64,000 nucleotides of DNA from Podarcis liolepis (taxonomy: Eukaryota): assembly GCA_965112155.1 (NCBI GenBank), contig OZ218103.1; one strand, 5' to 3'. Position numbers and translations under genes: made by a program. Of the stretch, positions 38,075 through 50,900 are shown one piece after another. Below the pieces are notes generated by a model. That model was not told where the DNA came from. It was given only the letters and a program-made list of their open reading frames with translations, and did no database searches. Numbering within the stretch: position 1 is the stretch's first letter; each line of letters starts with the position of its first letter.

Positions 38075-39156
38075 CCCCACTGCTTCCACTGCCACCAGAA
38101 GACATCCTGCTCCATGGCTGAGTTTTGGTGAGAGGGAGGTGTTCCGGCACACGGTGTTGCCATTTGCCTTCCCCATCTCTGGGGCAGAGAAGACTAGCTG
38201 CAAAGCCTTGTGGAATGCCCCACTCTTGCTGAGTTTCAGCGCAGCATGGCAAGGGGAACTAAGGAGCGATGCATTCCTGTCTCACCTCAGATGACGAAAT
38301 GGGCTGGGCCACCCCTGGAGGGGACACACACAAACTCCCCTAAATGTTAAAAGAAAAGGGTAGAAGGTGATCCTCAAATAGCAGGGCTACTTTTTGACAC
38401 TCAATCAATGTTCCTGCACATGTGTACAGGTGGGATTGCAGGAGGTTTGTAGTGAGGTTGCACAAAATACCAATGCATAGCAACTAAGAAATTTCAGAAT
38501 TAAAGGCAACAAGGAAACAAGTTCACAAAATGGCAGGGACTGCAGTTGCTAGTAATAAATTCACAGGGAGCTTCTATAGTAGGTGCCCTTATCAACAAAC
38601 AAAAATCCATGACGAGCACAATGGAAAGTGATGGGTGAGGTATAAAGTTTTCCAAAGTACAAAATACTGTAGTGCGAGAGCTTGGAAAATGCCATTTCCC
38701 CAGAAGCACAACCGCAAGGGAAGCTGAGCTGGTAGTGTCTATCCAAATCTGTAAGTAATGCACACTTACTGTACAAAAGGCTGATTGTGTAGAAAAGGTC
38801 GTCATCTCCCTTCCTGGTCTTCCCTCTTTATTTCCATTAACCTACCTTTTCCATCTTTCATGCTGTGAACGCTGCCCTTTAGAAGAAGCCTATTCGTATT
38901 TGTGTTGCGCTGTGCAATTTGATGCCAGTAAACAAGTAATAACCAATTATAACAAAGGGGTGAGCCGGAGTTAATGTTGACAATAGTTCATTGGGAAATT
39001 AAAAAGGGCTGCTCACAATGGGAGGTTCAAGGAAGAAGAAACAACAAGGAACAACAGAAAATACATAGCAGATGCTTCCTTGCAAGTACTTTTTGTCTGC
39101 ACAATACTATCCTATCCACACATCTGAAACAGTTCACAAAGGCTGTTTGTTAAGGG

Positions 39157-39580
39157 TTAGAATCATAGAATCATAGAGTTGGAAGAGACCACAAGGGCCA
39201 TCGAGTCCAACCCCCTGCCAAGCAGGAAACCCCATCAGAGCACTCCTGACATATGGTTGTCAAGCCTCTGCTTAAAGACCTCCAAAGTAGGAGACTCCAC
39301 CACACTCCTTGGCAGCAAATTCCACTGTCAAACAGCTCTTACTGTCAGGAAGTTCTTCCTAATGTTTAGGTGGAATCTTCTTTCTTGTAGTTTGGATCCA
39401 TTGCTCCGTGTCCGCTTCTCTGGAGCAGCAGAAAACAACCTTTCTCCCTCCTCTATGTGACATCCTTTTATATATTTGAACATGGCTATCATATCACCCC
39501 TTAACCTCCTCTTCTCCAGGCTAAACATGCCCAGCTCCCTTAGCCGTTCCTCATAAGGCATCGTTTCCAGGCCTTTGACC
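39157..39580 (-). mobile_element. CR1 LINE 3' end, young
   Basis: ORF 39328-39561 PYEERLRELGMFSLEKRRLRGDMIAMFKYIKG...RFHLNIRKNFLTVRAV is a canonical CR1 ORF2 C-terminus; (ATTCTATG)n tail. Confidence 0.93.
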
Positions 39581-42379
39581 TGTTAGTCAGTTGTGAATTT
39601 AGGGACTCCCTTCAAACCTCCTATTTCATGGACATAATCACGTACTACTAACATAACTATTTCCACATCCTGATATAAATACAGTACTCTGATTACTTAG
39701 CTTCTACTAGCAGGCAATATATCTGTGGATGACAGAGCAATGTCTACATTGAGTGCAGGGGGACTTACTCCATGAGAAGGATATGTATATATAGAACTGC
39801 AGCCTTAAGATGTGTACACATTATAGCTTTAAAGAAACATTCCTGCCCCTTCTCAAAGAATTCTGGGCACTGAGGTTTGTTAAGGCTTGATGAGAGTTGT
39901 AACTCTGTGAGGGGTAAACTACAGGGCCCATAATTCTTTGAGGGGTGTGTGTGGTTTGAATGTGCTTTAATTGTGTGAACGCAGCCCTAGTCTGGTGGTA
40001 TGGGGCAGCAAATCCATGTGCAATGTACCAAGCTGTTAGGTTAGGATCTTCATGCACACGCTTTTAAATGGTAAACAACCATGGCAAGAAATGGGGAATA
40101 TGAACCTGAGTGCTCAATGCCAAAGAAGTGATTAGCTCTAACAATGCATGTTTTGTGCAAGGAATGGGGGCAGAATCAAGCAAGAAGTACTGTAGCCCCC
40201 ATGTTTGTGTGTGTTTAATCCTACACACAACCTTTTTGTATGCCCAGGACACCATTGAGGGGAATCTGTGTGCAGATCATCTTTGATCAATCAGAGTGGA
40301 TATTTTTTGTCAGGCTAGCTGCACCGTTCATCAATTTTGATTCATAAACTCAAACCTTCTGGTTGACTAAAAGGCTGACCTAGTTCAATACTGTAATGTG
40401 AAATAAAATCCTTACTATGGCAGATGTCATTCTAGAAGAGGCATTCCTCCTTTTGTCCCAGAATGAACACCTCTTTTAAGATATTGTGGCATTCATAAAC
40501 TAAAATACTCTTATCTATTCAGAACAATTCGTATTCAAATCTAAGCAAATTTGCTCATAGGTTGAAACTCATCTGACTTAATTAACTGTAAAATCCTGTG
40601 CAAATTTCATTACGAGTAAATCCAGGGGACACAATTGGATTTGCTTCTGGGTAAACATGCATAGGATCAGGCTATAAGAGATTTATTTATTTGGTGACAG
40701 TTCAGGTTTTAGGTGTATAGAGGTTTTTCATGACTCATACCAAAACCAAAAACCACATAAGGCTACTAAGTCATTTTCTCTTGGTCGATTTAGTGGAAAA
40801 TGCAATGGCAACTAATAAAGGCAGGCTAGAAGATGGAAAGTGAAATAACGCCTACCATACTTTAATTTATCCTGTATACTGAGAAAATGTTAATTTTCTT
40901 AAAGGAAGAATAAGGCGCCTGTTATCATCATAACAGTTTTTATCTGATCATTGTTCAGTTAAACTCAGCAGAATACTTTGTCTAATATTCTGTAAGGTCT
41001 AGTAAACAGATTTCACTTTGTAATTTTATATCCCATTGTTACTTTTGACAGTCTGATCCTTGTTACTTGCCTTGTTATGTATGCTGCCTTTCCTGCAAGG
41101 ACAGGCTGAAGGAGTGTAACTGGTTCAAGGTCACCAAGTGAGATTCGTAGCTGAGTGAAAAAAAATTCTCCTCCTGTCTCCTCCCTGAACTGCATGATGT
41201 TGCTTTAATGTTCCATGGTGCAGCTCTGATGACAGTTGACACCTGGTGCTATCGATGTGGTTGTTGATTAATGCAACTAAACTGTGGCCCCAGACCTCAA
41301 AGTCCTAAACCTTATTAGTCCCCCTATGGCTAGAAGGATTAAAATCAAATAATGATTTCCTGCCAAATAGTTTTCTGTAGACTTCAGTAGCCTGTACATT
41401 TACAGACTGGGATAAATCTCTGCGACATGAATGAGGAAGCTGTATCTCTGTCCTCACGTTGTAGAACTCCAACTCCTATTGTTGAGTTGTAGAGTTGGGA
41501 GGGAACGAACATGAGGGTCATGTCCAGCCTTCTGCAATGCAGGAATCTTTTGTCTGACCATTCTGGCTGAAGCATAGGAGCTGTGTTTGCTTAGTTAAGC
41601 TGGAAATCAACTATCTAGTAGAAACGACTACCAAAGTTTAGAGATATAGATATATACGCACACAGTTAATAAGGGGGAAAGAAGCACTAATTAACTACAA
41701 AAATAGCTAAATTCAAAATTTATTAAATCTTATATATTATAGTAGCATACAATCAATCCCTGTCCCAGCTAAATCCAGGATGGCTGGGGTTTTTTTACAT
41801 ATTCCACAGCTGGTTTCCAACTATTTAGTACATCTTTACCTAACTTTTTAAACATAATTTTCAGTTTAATTATCCCCAGTTGTCCCCATATTTTCCTAAG
41901 TGTTTCTTATTGTCTTGCCTTCCAGGCATTTGCATACAAAATTCTTGCCAAGCTTAACATGTATTAAAGCCTGCCTTTGAATTTCTTCTGCTAGTATTAT
42001 TTCTGCTGCTCCCTGCAAGGCCCCCAAAGCAGGGTAGGGAATTAGAATACAAAAGGAGCAACATACAAATCCATTAATCTAATCAAAAAAAGAAAAGAAA
42101 GAAAGACAAAATAGAACATTTCAGAGATAATAGGAGGCAGACAATACCAGCAGATAAGACAACCTAATTATCATAAAAAGCAGTAAAAAAAGGAAGGTCA
42201 TTCAGCAGATATCACCACTCTTGGGAAAGCTGCAAACATTCACTTCACATAGCAATGTATATTAAGTGTGTGGTGTGTACGCAACCAAAAGTAGTTTAGT
42301 TTAGTTGTAGTTTAGTTGTTGTATCAATCTCACTTTTGTATTAAAATAATGTCTGAAGTACTTTACAATAATATATATA

Positions 42380-42596
42380 CGGTGGTACCTCAGGTTAAGT
42401 ACTTACTTTGTTCCGGAGGTCTGTTCTTAACCTGAAACTGTTCTAAACCTGAAGCACCACTTTAGCTAATGGGGCCTCCTGCTGCCGCTGCGCAGCCGCA
42501 GAACGATTTCTGTTCTCATCCTGAAGCAAAGTTCTTAACTATTTCTGGGTTAGCGGAGCCTGTAATCTGAAGCGCATGTAACCTGAAGTACCACTG
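42380..42596. mobile_element. Tigger-like MITE, same family as 2201-2409, opposite orientation
   Basis: CGGTGGTACCTCAGGTTA...TAACCTGAAGTACCACTG flanked by TA. Confidence 0.8.
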
Positions 42597-43669
42597 TACA
42601 TACAATAGTTTGTAGCCAACTTAGTTTTATTCAGAGTTGACAGGCTGAAATTAATGGACCTATGTTAGTCATGTTCATTACATTCAATGTGTCTTCTCTG
42701 AGTAAGACTAGCATTGGCTACAACTCAACATAACAATCAGCATTAATACGTTAAAAGATAACAATAGCGCTAGATACGCTGGGGCTGCAACAAAATGTTG
42801 CAGTGTGTGATGATGCTTGTTCAACCACTCCATTCCATTTCCCCTCCTCTCATCTTCCTCCTTTCCCACCATTCACAGAACTAAAATTCAGCTCCTGTCT
42901 ATAGACAACGTTGGGTTGCAACAGCATTATTTTTAATCACGTACGATATAATCTTATTAGCAAAGGGGTTTTGTTCCCCTTTAATATTTGCATTCAAACT
43001 GAAAGTGCACACAACTAGGTTGCTCTGGTCTGTGACCACAATGATGGTTTTGTTTTTGTTTTTTTAAGTCTCTGGCTTGAGGTCACTGGGTAATAACGAA
43101 ATGCCGGTGTGTTTCCTGACCTCACAGTATTTGCATGAATTCAGCACCATTTCCTGAACATGCACTGAAGTTTTTTTCCTCACCATTTGCAAGTTGAGCC
43201 CATTCTGGGTTGCATCGATTCCTACCATGTGGTTTTCATACCAAGAACATGGTTACCGCTTTTCAGTCATACACAGCATCTGGTCCCTGAAAGGTTTCCT
43301 TATGATAAATTGGTATTCTTACCTTGCTTCACAATGCTGGAAAAATCTTATGGCCCAGTTTACACATCACAGTAAGCCACAGTTAAGAAATGCTTAGATG
43401 ATTCCAGCTTTGCTCTTCCCCTCTAGCCAGTGGGAGCAACAAACTGTGATCCCTGGCTTAGAGCACATCTGAACCAGGGTTCATCGTTTGTTTTGCTCAA
43501 ATATTTGGTGAGCCAAGAACAAACCTTGGCTAGATATTGTGGTTTGTTTGGAGCAAAAATAACCGCAATCTCCAGTTCAGATGCAATACTATTGTGATTT
43601 GTTTGCTCCTGCTAGTCTGAGAGGAGGATCAAAACAGGAGACTTCAGCATGGTCATGGTAAACCATAAA

Positions 43670-44016
43670 GGTAAAGGGACCCCTGACCATTAGGTCCAGT
43701 CGTGATCAACTCTGGGGTTGCGGTGCTCATCTCGCTTTATTGGCTGAGGGAGCCGGCGTACAGCTTCCAGGTCATGTGGCCAGCATCACTAAGCCGCTTC
43801 TGGCGAACCAGAGCAGCGCACGGAAACGCTGTTTATCTTCCCGCCAGAGTGGTACCTATTTATCTACTTGCACTTTGACGTGCTTTCGAACTGCTAGGTT
43901 GGCAGGAGCAGGGACTGAGCAACAGGAGCTCACCCCGTCATGGGGATTCAAACCGCCAACCTTCTGATCGGCAAGTCCTAGGCTCTGTGGTTTAACCCAC
44001 AGCGCCACCGCGTCCC
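43670..44016 (-). mobile_element. Sauria SINE
   Basis: Full reverse-complement copy; 15-bp TSD ATGGTAAACCATAAA at 43655-43669 and 44021-44035. Confidence 0.9.
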
Positions 44017-44479
44017 TCTAATGGTAAACCATAAACAATGCTTTATTGTGACAGGTGAACGCTGCTTATTTATATGCAGAAGTCATAGAAAGTGACAGCA
44101 CATATGGGTTCAGGGGGAAATAGTATATACCATAACTGAGGATTGCATTGCTCAAGGCCGTCTGTCATTAAGCTGGATAAAAAGTCACAACTTGTGATTA
44201 GGTTTCTATCAGAGCACTCCATGGGTGTAGCCAGAGAGGGGCTGGGGAGGGGACAGCTGCCCCCATCAAATAAATACATAAATAAAAATACTTAACTAAT
44301 GGTCCAATTGAGTTGCGGATTGCTCAGTTCTGCCCCCACCCCCAAGTCCTGCCTGCCTCCAACAAAAATCCTGGCTACACCCATGGAGCGCTCCCTCAAG
44401 GCACAATGCCTTATCAGTTGTCCTTGTTAAGCCACATACAATTGCTGTTTGAAAAGCAAAGGAATCAGTTTGATTCCCC

Positions 44480-44675
44480 TGTTGTTGTTTAGTCGTTTAG
44501 TCGTGTCCGACTCTTTGTGACCCCATGGACCAGAGCACGCCAGGCACTCCTGTCTTCCACTGCCTCCCACAGTTTGGTCAAACTCATGCTGGTAGCTTCG
44601 AGAACACTGTCCAACCATCTTGTCCTCTGTCGTCATCTTCTCATTGTGCCCTCAGTCTTTCCCAACATCAGGGTC
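44480..44675 (-). mobile_element. BovB (RTE) LINE 3' end
   Basis: Reverse complement of ggtccatggggtcacaaagagtcggacacgactaaacgactaaacaacaac, the characteristic BovB tail. Confidence 0.85.
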
Positions 44676-45707
44676 TCTCCAAAACCCCAAGGTCAGGAGG
44701 CCATAAAATCATAGAGTTGGAAGGGACCCATCTAATCTAACCTCCTGAAATGCACAGTAGTCCACAGTATCTTTGTAAGGGAGATAGAAGTCTCTAGGGT
44801 TGCCAGATCTCCAGGGCTGACCTGAAGTCTCCAGGATTGTCTGGGGGGGGGGGGGCTTGAATCTGCAAGTGGGAGAGGGTGTCTTTTTCTTCTTTTTTTT
44901 AAAAGAGGAATGTTTATGCAGCTTACAGCCTCCCACCCAGTAGAAACTGGCTGCCAATGATTGCATAGACTCTTGGTGGGAGATGTACTCTCATCTCTTT
45001 GCTTCCAATTAGCGTCCACTTCTGCAAATTATTGCATAGAATGTCTTGTATTACCTTAAAGAGTTGCAAATTGTATACTGGTAAATGGCATCGGCATTTG
45101 TGGAAGGGGGTGCAATAGTGAGGTCAGAATGCATACAGCACTGGCTGTTCACAAGAGCAGCCCACAAGAAGCATAGGAATGCCTGCTTTACCTAAGATTT
45201 CTATCCTCATTTCCAGTCGGTGACATATTTGCTCATTTGTTAGATTTTGTATTTGTTGTTGTTGTTAATATTATTATTTATGTGAGATCCTCACAGCAAC
45301 TGTGGTTAATAATGTGTCATACTAATGACATCACTGGGGCTCACCCTGCTGTGACATCGCCAGGGTCCACCCTATGGCATCCCCTACATCTCAGGTTTAG
45401 ACCCTGAAATCTCAGCAATCCTTTAAGTGTCTACAATATCTGCAATGGAGGAGAATGGAGAAAACCTGAACAACAAGGATACACAGCTAGGAACTCATGC
45501 ACCCGTAACTTCCTCGCAGCCCTGCCATTGGTTGAAGAAGATAGATTAACACCCCCACATACATGCACTAAAATAACGTGCAAGGGGGTTGTGGGGCAAC
45601 ACAGGCTGGTCTTCCACCGCCGAGAATATGCATTGTCCATACCCTGCCAGCTACATATTTGTCAGATGTAAGAAGCCCCTGCTTCCACAGCAGGTACTGA
45701 CAAAGAT

Positions 45708-46080
45708 GGGACGCGGGTGGTGCTGTGGTCTAAACCACTGAGCCTCTTGGGCTTCCTGATCAGAAGGTTGGTGGTTCACATCCACACGACAGTGGTGAGC
45801 TCCTGTTTCTCTGTCCCAGCTCCTGCCAACCTAGCAGTTCGAAAGCACACCAGTGCAAGTAGATAAATAGGTACCGCTGCAGCGGGAAGGTAAATGGTGT
45901 TTCCGTGCACTCTGGTTTCTGTTGTGCCAGAAGAGGTTTAGTCATGCTGGCCACATGACCCAGAAAGCTGTCTGTGGACAAACGCCGGCTCCCTCGGTCT
46001 GAAAACAAGATGAGCGCCACAACCGCATAGTCCCCTTTGACTGGACTTAACTGTCCAGGGTCCTTTATCTTTTACCTTTA
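45708..46080 (+). mobile_element. Sauria SINE
   Basis: gggacgcgggtggtgctgtggtctaaacc head and tttacctttta tail; homologous to the other copies. Confidence 0.9.
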
Positions 46081-47122
46081 CTGAAAAAGACAATGATGGC
46101 TGGTGTCCATTGGGACTAGTAGGGCAGATGTCAAGGAGGCAGGTACCACCCACCAAGCACAAAAACCGTGATTCAGTTCAGGACACTCAGCAGCTGCTTT
46201 TAAGCAAATGTTTTAAACTGGGCAGATAGATGTGATGTAGGAGATCCATGATCCTGTTTTGGCATTTGCTCAGCTGCAAAACCTGTGACTGGCTTACACC
46301 ATCAGACTGTAGGGGGTGGGATGGGGGAATTGTTACATGGCTGGAGGTGTCCCTACTCCCTACAGAAGTATTCACCTCACACAGAAAACAAGCATGGCAG
46401 GGACGGAAGGCTTGCCTTGAACCTTCACCTGGAGTTTAATACCTAGCAGTGATTGTGTTGTTGTCATATACAGTAACACTAGATCACGTTGTCTGGTCTG
46501 CCGTGGTGGAGGCCACCCGCAGCCTCTCGACTCTGTTGAGAACTGGGTCGTGGTTCCAAGCCTCTGATCAAGTGTTCAGAGCAGAACTAGAAAATGGAAA
46601 CTAATTGCTTCAAAGAAGTGCTAAAAAGAGGAAGTGATGTGGTTTGTGGGGTTTTTTGGAAGGAGCAGTCAATGCTGAGCTGGGACTTTCCCAAGCTTTA
46701 ATGGTTTATTACATCAGAATCCAATTATCTGGAAAGTACGGTGCCAGCCACCCCCCTTTTTTTGCCTGAAAAACCTTCAGCCGTGTGATGTTTCCTCCAC
46801 TCTGCAGAGAAGAAGTACTATTGGGAAAAGTTGGCCGTGTTTCACAGCTGTGATGTCACACTGAATGACAAAACGAAAACAGTAGAATTTCTGTTCAAAG
46901 CATTGGGGAAGACCTGAGCTGCCCAGAGGAATCGAAGAACAAAATGATAGCAGTACTGGAACTTTTGAAATACCCCACGGAGACTCCCATCACCTGCTGA
47001 TACCCACATAAATAACATTGTTGGGACTTTCTCTTTTTCATACCATACAGATGCAGTGAATTCCTCAATTTCTCATCCAAACCAAGAGTCCTGCTGGATT
47101 AGGCCAATGCTCTATCTTGTCT

Positions 47123-47228
47123 TTTGACTAAACTGCGGGAGGCAGTGGAAGACAGGAATGCCTGGCGTGCTCTGGTCCATGGGGTCACGAAGAGTCGGAC
47201 ACGACTAAACGACTAAACAACAACAACA
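47123..47228 (+). mobile_element. BovB 3' end nested in a CR1 3' fragment
   Basis: BovB tail with (CAA)n; 11-bp TSD CTATCTTGTCT at 47112-47122 and 47229-47239. Confidence 0.85.
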
Positions 47229-47726
47229 CTATCTTGTCTAGCATCCCATTCTCACAGTGGCCAACCAAATACCCATGGGATATCAACACACAGGACCTGA
47301 GGGCAACAACACTCTCCACACTTTTGATTCCCAGCAACTGGAATTCAGAGGCATACTGCATACCCTCCAACATTTCTCCAATGAAAATAAGGATTTTCTA
47401 CTATGCCATCCAACATTTCTCCGATGAAAATAGGGACGTTCTAAGAAAAAGTGGGACATTTCAGGGTCAAATCAAAAACCAGGACAGCTTCTGTAAATCT
47501 GGTACTGTCCTTGGAAAACAGGGGCACTTGTGATACTGCCTTTGACCAGGGGCGGCATCAGAAAAAAGTTTCAGGGGGACACAGATGGGGCAAAGTGTAT
47601 TTCTAGGTGGGTGAGTTGTAACAGTAATTTATTTATCTCACAGCTAACCTGCCACAAAAAATATAATCCTATAAGGTGATATAAATTATGTCTCCTAATA
47701 TTGTAAAAAATGCGCACTTTCTTTTA

Positions 47727-47975
47727 GAAGAAGAAGAGTTTGGATTTGATATCCCGCCTTTCACTCCCTTTAAGGAGTCTCAAAGCTGCTAACATTCTCC
47801 TTTCCCTTCCTCCCCCACAACAAACACTCTGTGAGGTGAGTGGGGCTGAGAGACTTCAGAGAAGTGTGACTGGTCCAAGGTCACCCAGCAGCTGCATGTG
47901 GAGGAGCGGAGACGTGAACCCGGTTCCCCAGATTAGGAGACTACCGCTCTTAGCCACTACACCACACTGGCTCTC
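47727..47975 (-). mobile_element. tRNA-derived MIR/CORE-like squamate SINE
   Basis: On the minus strand, a tRNA-like head (gccagtgtggtgtagtggctaagagcggtag...ggttcacgtctcc), a ctgggtgaccttgg core and a (CTT)n tail; an older relative lies at about 50780-50980. Confidence 0.7.
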
Positions 47976-50900
47976 TTTTACTTGTTGTTATAAGTTATGT
48001 TGGATATTATGCTGGAAATCAATTAAAATATTGTTTAAAAATGAAACTTTGTATAAAAATATATTGTCCTACTTTTTATGCCTTGACGAACAAATGTGTT
48101 GTTCTGTGTGTATGCACCAAATTTGGTCTTTGACCAGGGTGAAATAAAGCCTAGTTTCACCCCTGCCCTTTCTTCCCTGGCAGGCAGCAGGGCACCATTT
48201 TGTGGCTCGCCTCAGGTGGCAAAATGCCTTGGGCCCTGGACTGCATGATAATACACATTCATTGCTGGAAGTGTGGACACCTTTCTGGAGTGCTGTACAC
48301 CTATTATGCCCACGTCGTCCCTCTCGCACACCATTCGTCAATCAAAAGGACATTATGCTGGAACGGTTACAATCTGTTTTGTGCCAATAGTGCACTTCTC
48401 AGGTGCTTGCTGCCTACATACAAACACAGAGAGCCCTTTCTCAGGTTACATCCTATTGGGGCAGACCTACTGGCACTGCAGGGCGGTGCCGCTCTTCCTT
48501 CCCATGTTTAATTTGTCTATGTATGAAATAGGCAAAATAGGAAGCAGTACAGTAACTTAGCTACCTCTGTAAACTGATACAAATATCCTCTGTACATCAG
48601 TGCTTCAACACACCGGTTTCCAGCCCCCCTCTTTTGAAAGAAAGTAAATTTGATTTTTTTAAACCTGTGGAAACACTAACTGAGGGGAAGGGGATAGAGA
48701 AAACTGGTTTGTAAACACGCCCACCAAGTGTGCAGACAACAGGATAGTAGCTGCCACTTTGGACAGCATTATCATGTGACAATGTGTCCAACTGCAAATG
48801 GCTGTACACAAAATCACGCTGTGATAAAATAGCCTCTTTTAAAGGCTACCTGTGTATATAGCCTTAGCCTGCAAACCATCTCGAGCTGAAGGACCCTTCA
48901 CATACTGAAGACCTGCCACATTCCTTCAGCAAATCTAGAACTTGCTGTTGAGTTAGATTGAGAAACAGGCACAGTCTGACTAATATCCACAGAACACTGG
49001 CTGCTGGGTATTCCCCTACATGATTTTTTTCTCAAGCTTAAACTGGGAAGTCATTTCCATTCTGGGTGTTGGGTGGATTAGATTAAGATGGTAGATAAAT
49101 CTGTGCCAACTAACTTCTGCCGTGAGCATAAAAAAGAGATGGGCTTTCCATGGTTTAATAGCAAAATATGTTAAATAACAGGGCAGCATTCAGAGAATCT
49201 CAAGAACTGCTTTAGTGAGTTGTTTGTTACAAGACATTAGGAGTAGGGAACCTGCACCCCTGTTGTTGGTCTACAGCTCAGTGAAGAGTCCAGCAACCAT
49301 TGACCATGCTGGCTCAAGCTGAAATGCAACAACACTGGAGGTACCGCACCCCTACAATAAGTCATCAAAGCACCTGGGGGGGTAGACTGATGTGGGAAGC
49401 AGCAAAGTTTTAATACTAAATAAATTAATGGGACTATTAGAACCGGATAGAAATAAATTGGGTCAAGCTACAAACATTGAAGCTATGTGGACAGCTGCTC
49501 TGATGTTTATGAAACCCCAACCCCGATATGGAATTCCCAATCTCTTTGTAGAAAGGAAAACTAGCTGTCCTCAATGGGAAATGGCATTGGATATACTCAG
49601 TATTTCTCTTTCAGAGGCAACCAGAAAGAGGTGGGGCTCTAAGTCACTCCCTAGATGTACATGTAGACATCTGAGAAGATGGGGGCACTGCCACATCAGA
49701 AGTACATAAAAAGAAACTTATTTATACATTTAAAGAGTTGAAGCAACTTCACATTTATACATTAGCATACTTAACCATTTTCTCTTACTCTCACACACCC
49801 CAGTACATATAATAATAATAATACTGATTGTTGTAAGGTAGTTACTGCTAACAGAAAAGAGGTAAGGTAAAAAGCCAAAAGCTCTTAGCCAAGCTTCATC
49901 TGCATGCCAAAGCAGGAAGTTCATCCATTCTGAAATCTAATTATATATTTCAGCGGTGGGCAGTTATTGTACTTAATCTTGTGAGAACAGATTCATCCAG
50001 CATTATGCAAAGCATACACGTCTGCATCCTTTCGCTGTTATTATTATCATTGTCTATTTTTACATTTGTGCTTGAATATCTTAAAATGAGACAAGGGATA
50101 TATACAGACAGGAGTGGTCCATCAGATATTGCTTGACTGCAACTCCCATCATCCTTGACCACAGTATCCCCATCACAGCCACATGGCAATCACAGTGATT
50201 CTACTACAGTATGGGTGGCGGGGGGGGGATCACCTTTCTCACATGTAAAATAAAAACCTATCTGGAGCTAGAAAACTGAGATGTCGCTATAATGTAAAAC
50301 CCACCTGGGTTGCTTGCAGTGCTGTGAGTAACAGCTGGACGCTTCCTATACTGAAAGCTACTTGCGCAGAAAGGTCTTTAAAATTGCTAAGCCACCTTAA
50401 TTGCAAGTGCACAATAGATTTGCCACCTAGTGACAACAAAGAAATATGACATCAAGATAAAAAGGCATCTACATTTTAGAGCAGAATTTCCCAGGTTGTA
50501 GGAACTGATTCCCTACGGTGTGGGAGCAGGAGGGCTGAGAGAGTGGGAGATGTGTGAAGTAAGTAGGTTTGATTAAGAAAACAGGATTCATCCAGTTTTT
50601 CCCCCTGGCACACAACGTAATATTCAAATGTCCATTGTAAAGTATGTTAAGTTATTCATATCTTCCACTTTGTCCAAGGACCTCAGAGTAGCATGCATAG
50701 TTCTACCTACCCACCCAGTGCTTACACACCAATTAGGACAATTTCCAACAATCATAGACTGCAGTAACATTTATTTTATCATTATATTTATATCCCACCT
50801 TCCCTCCAAGGAGCTCAGTGTGGCATACACTGGTCTTCCCCTCTTCATTTTATGCTCGCAACAATCCTGTGAAAGTAGGTTAGGCTGAAAGAGTGACTTG

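Noticed and set aside
38641-38756. TATAAA followed by a GTAAGT donor, suggesting a hidden first exon
   Set aside because: The only ATG frame stops after 12 codons, there is no downstream exon support, and such motifs occur by chance.
49392-49709. 105-aa ORF in the intergenic region
   Set aside because: No ATG start or recognisable domain; AT-rich and resembles decayed L1-type 3' sequence, as do 4160-4420 and 29130-29680, but too degraded to call.
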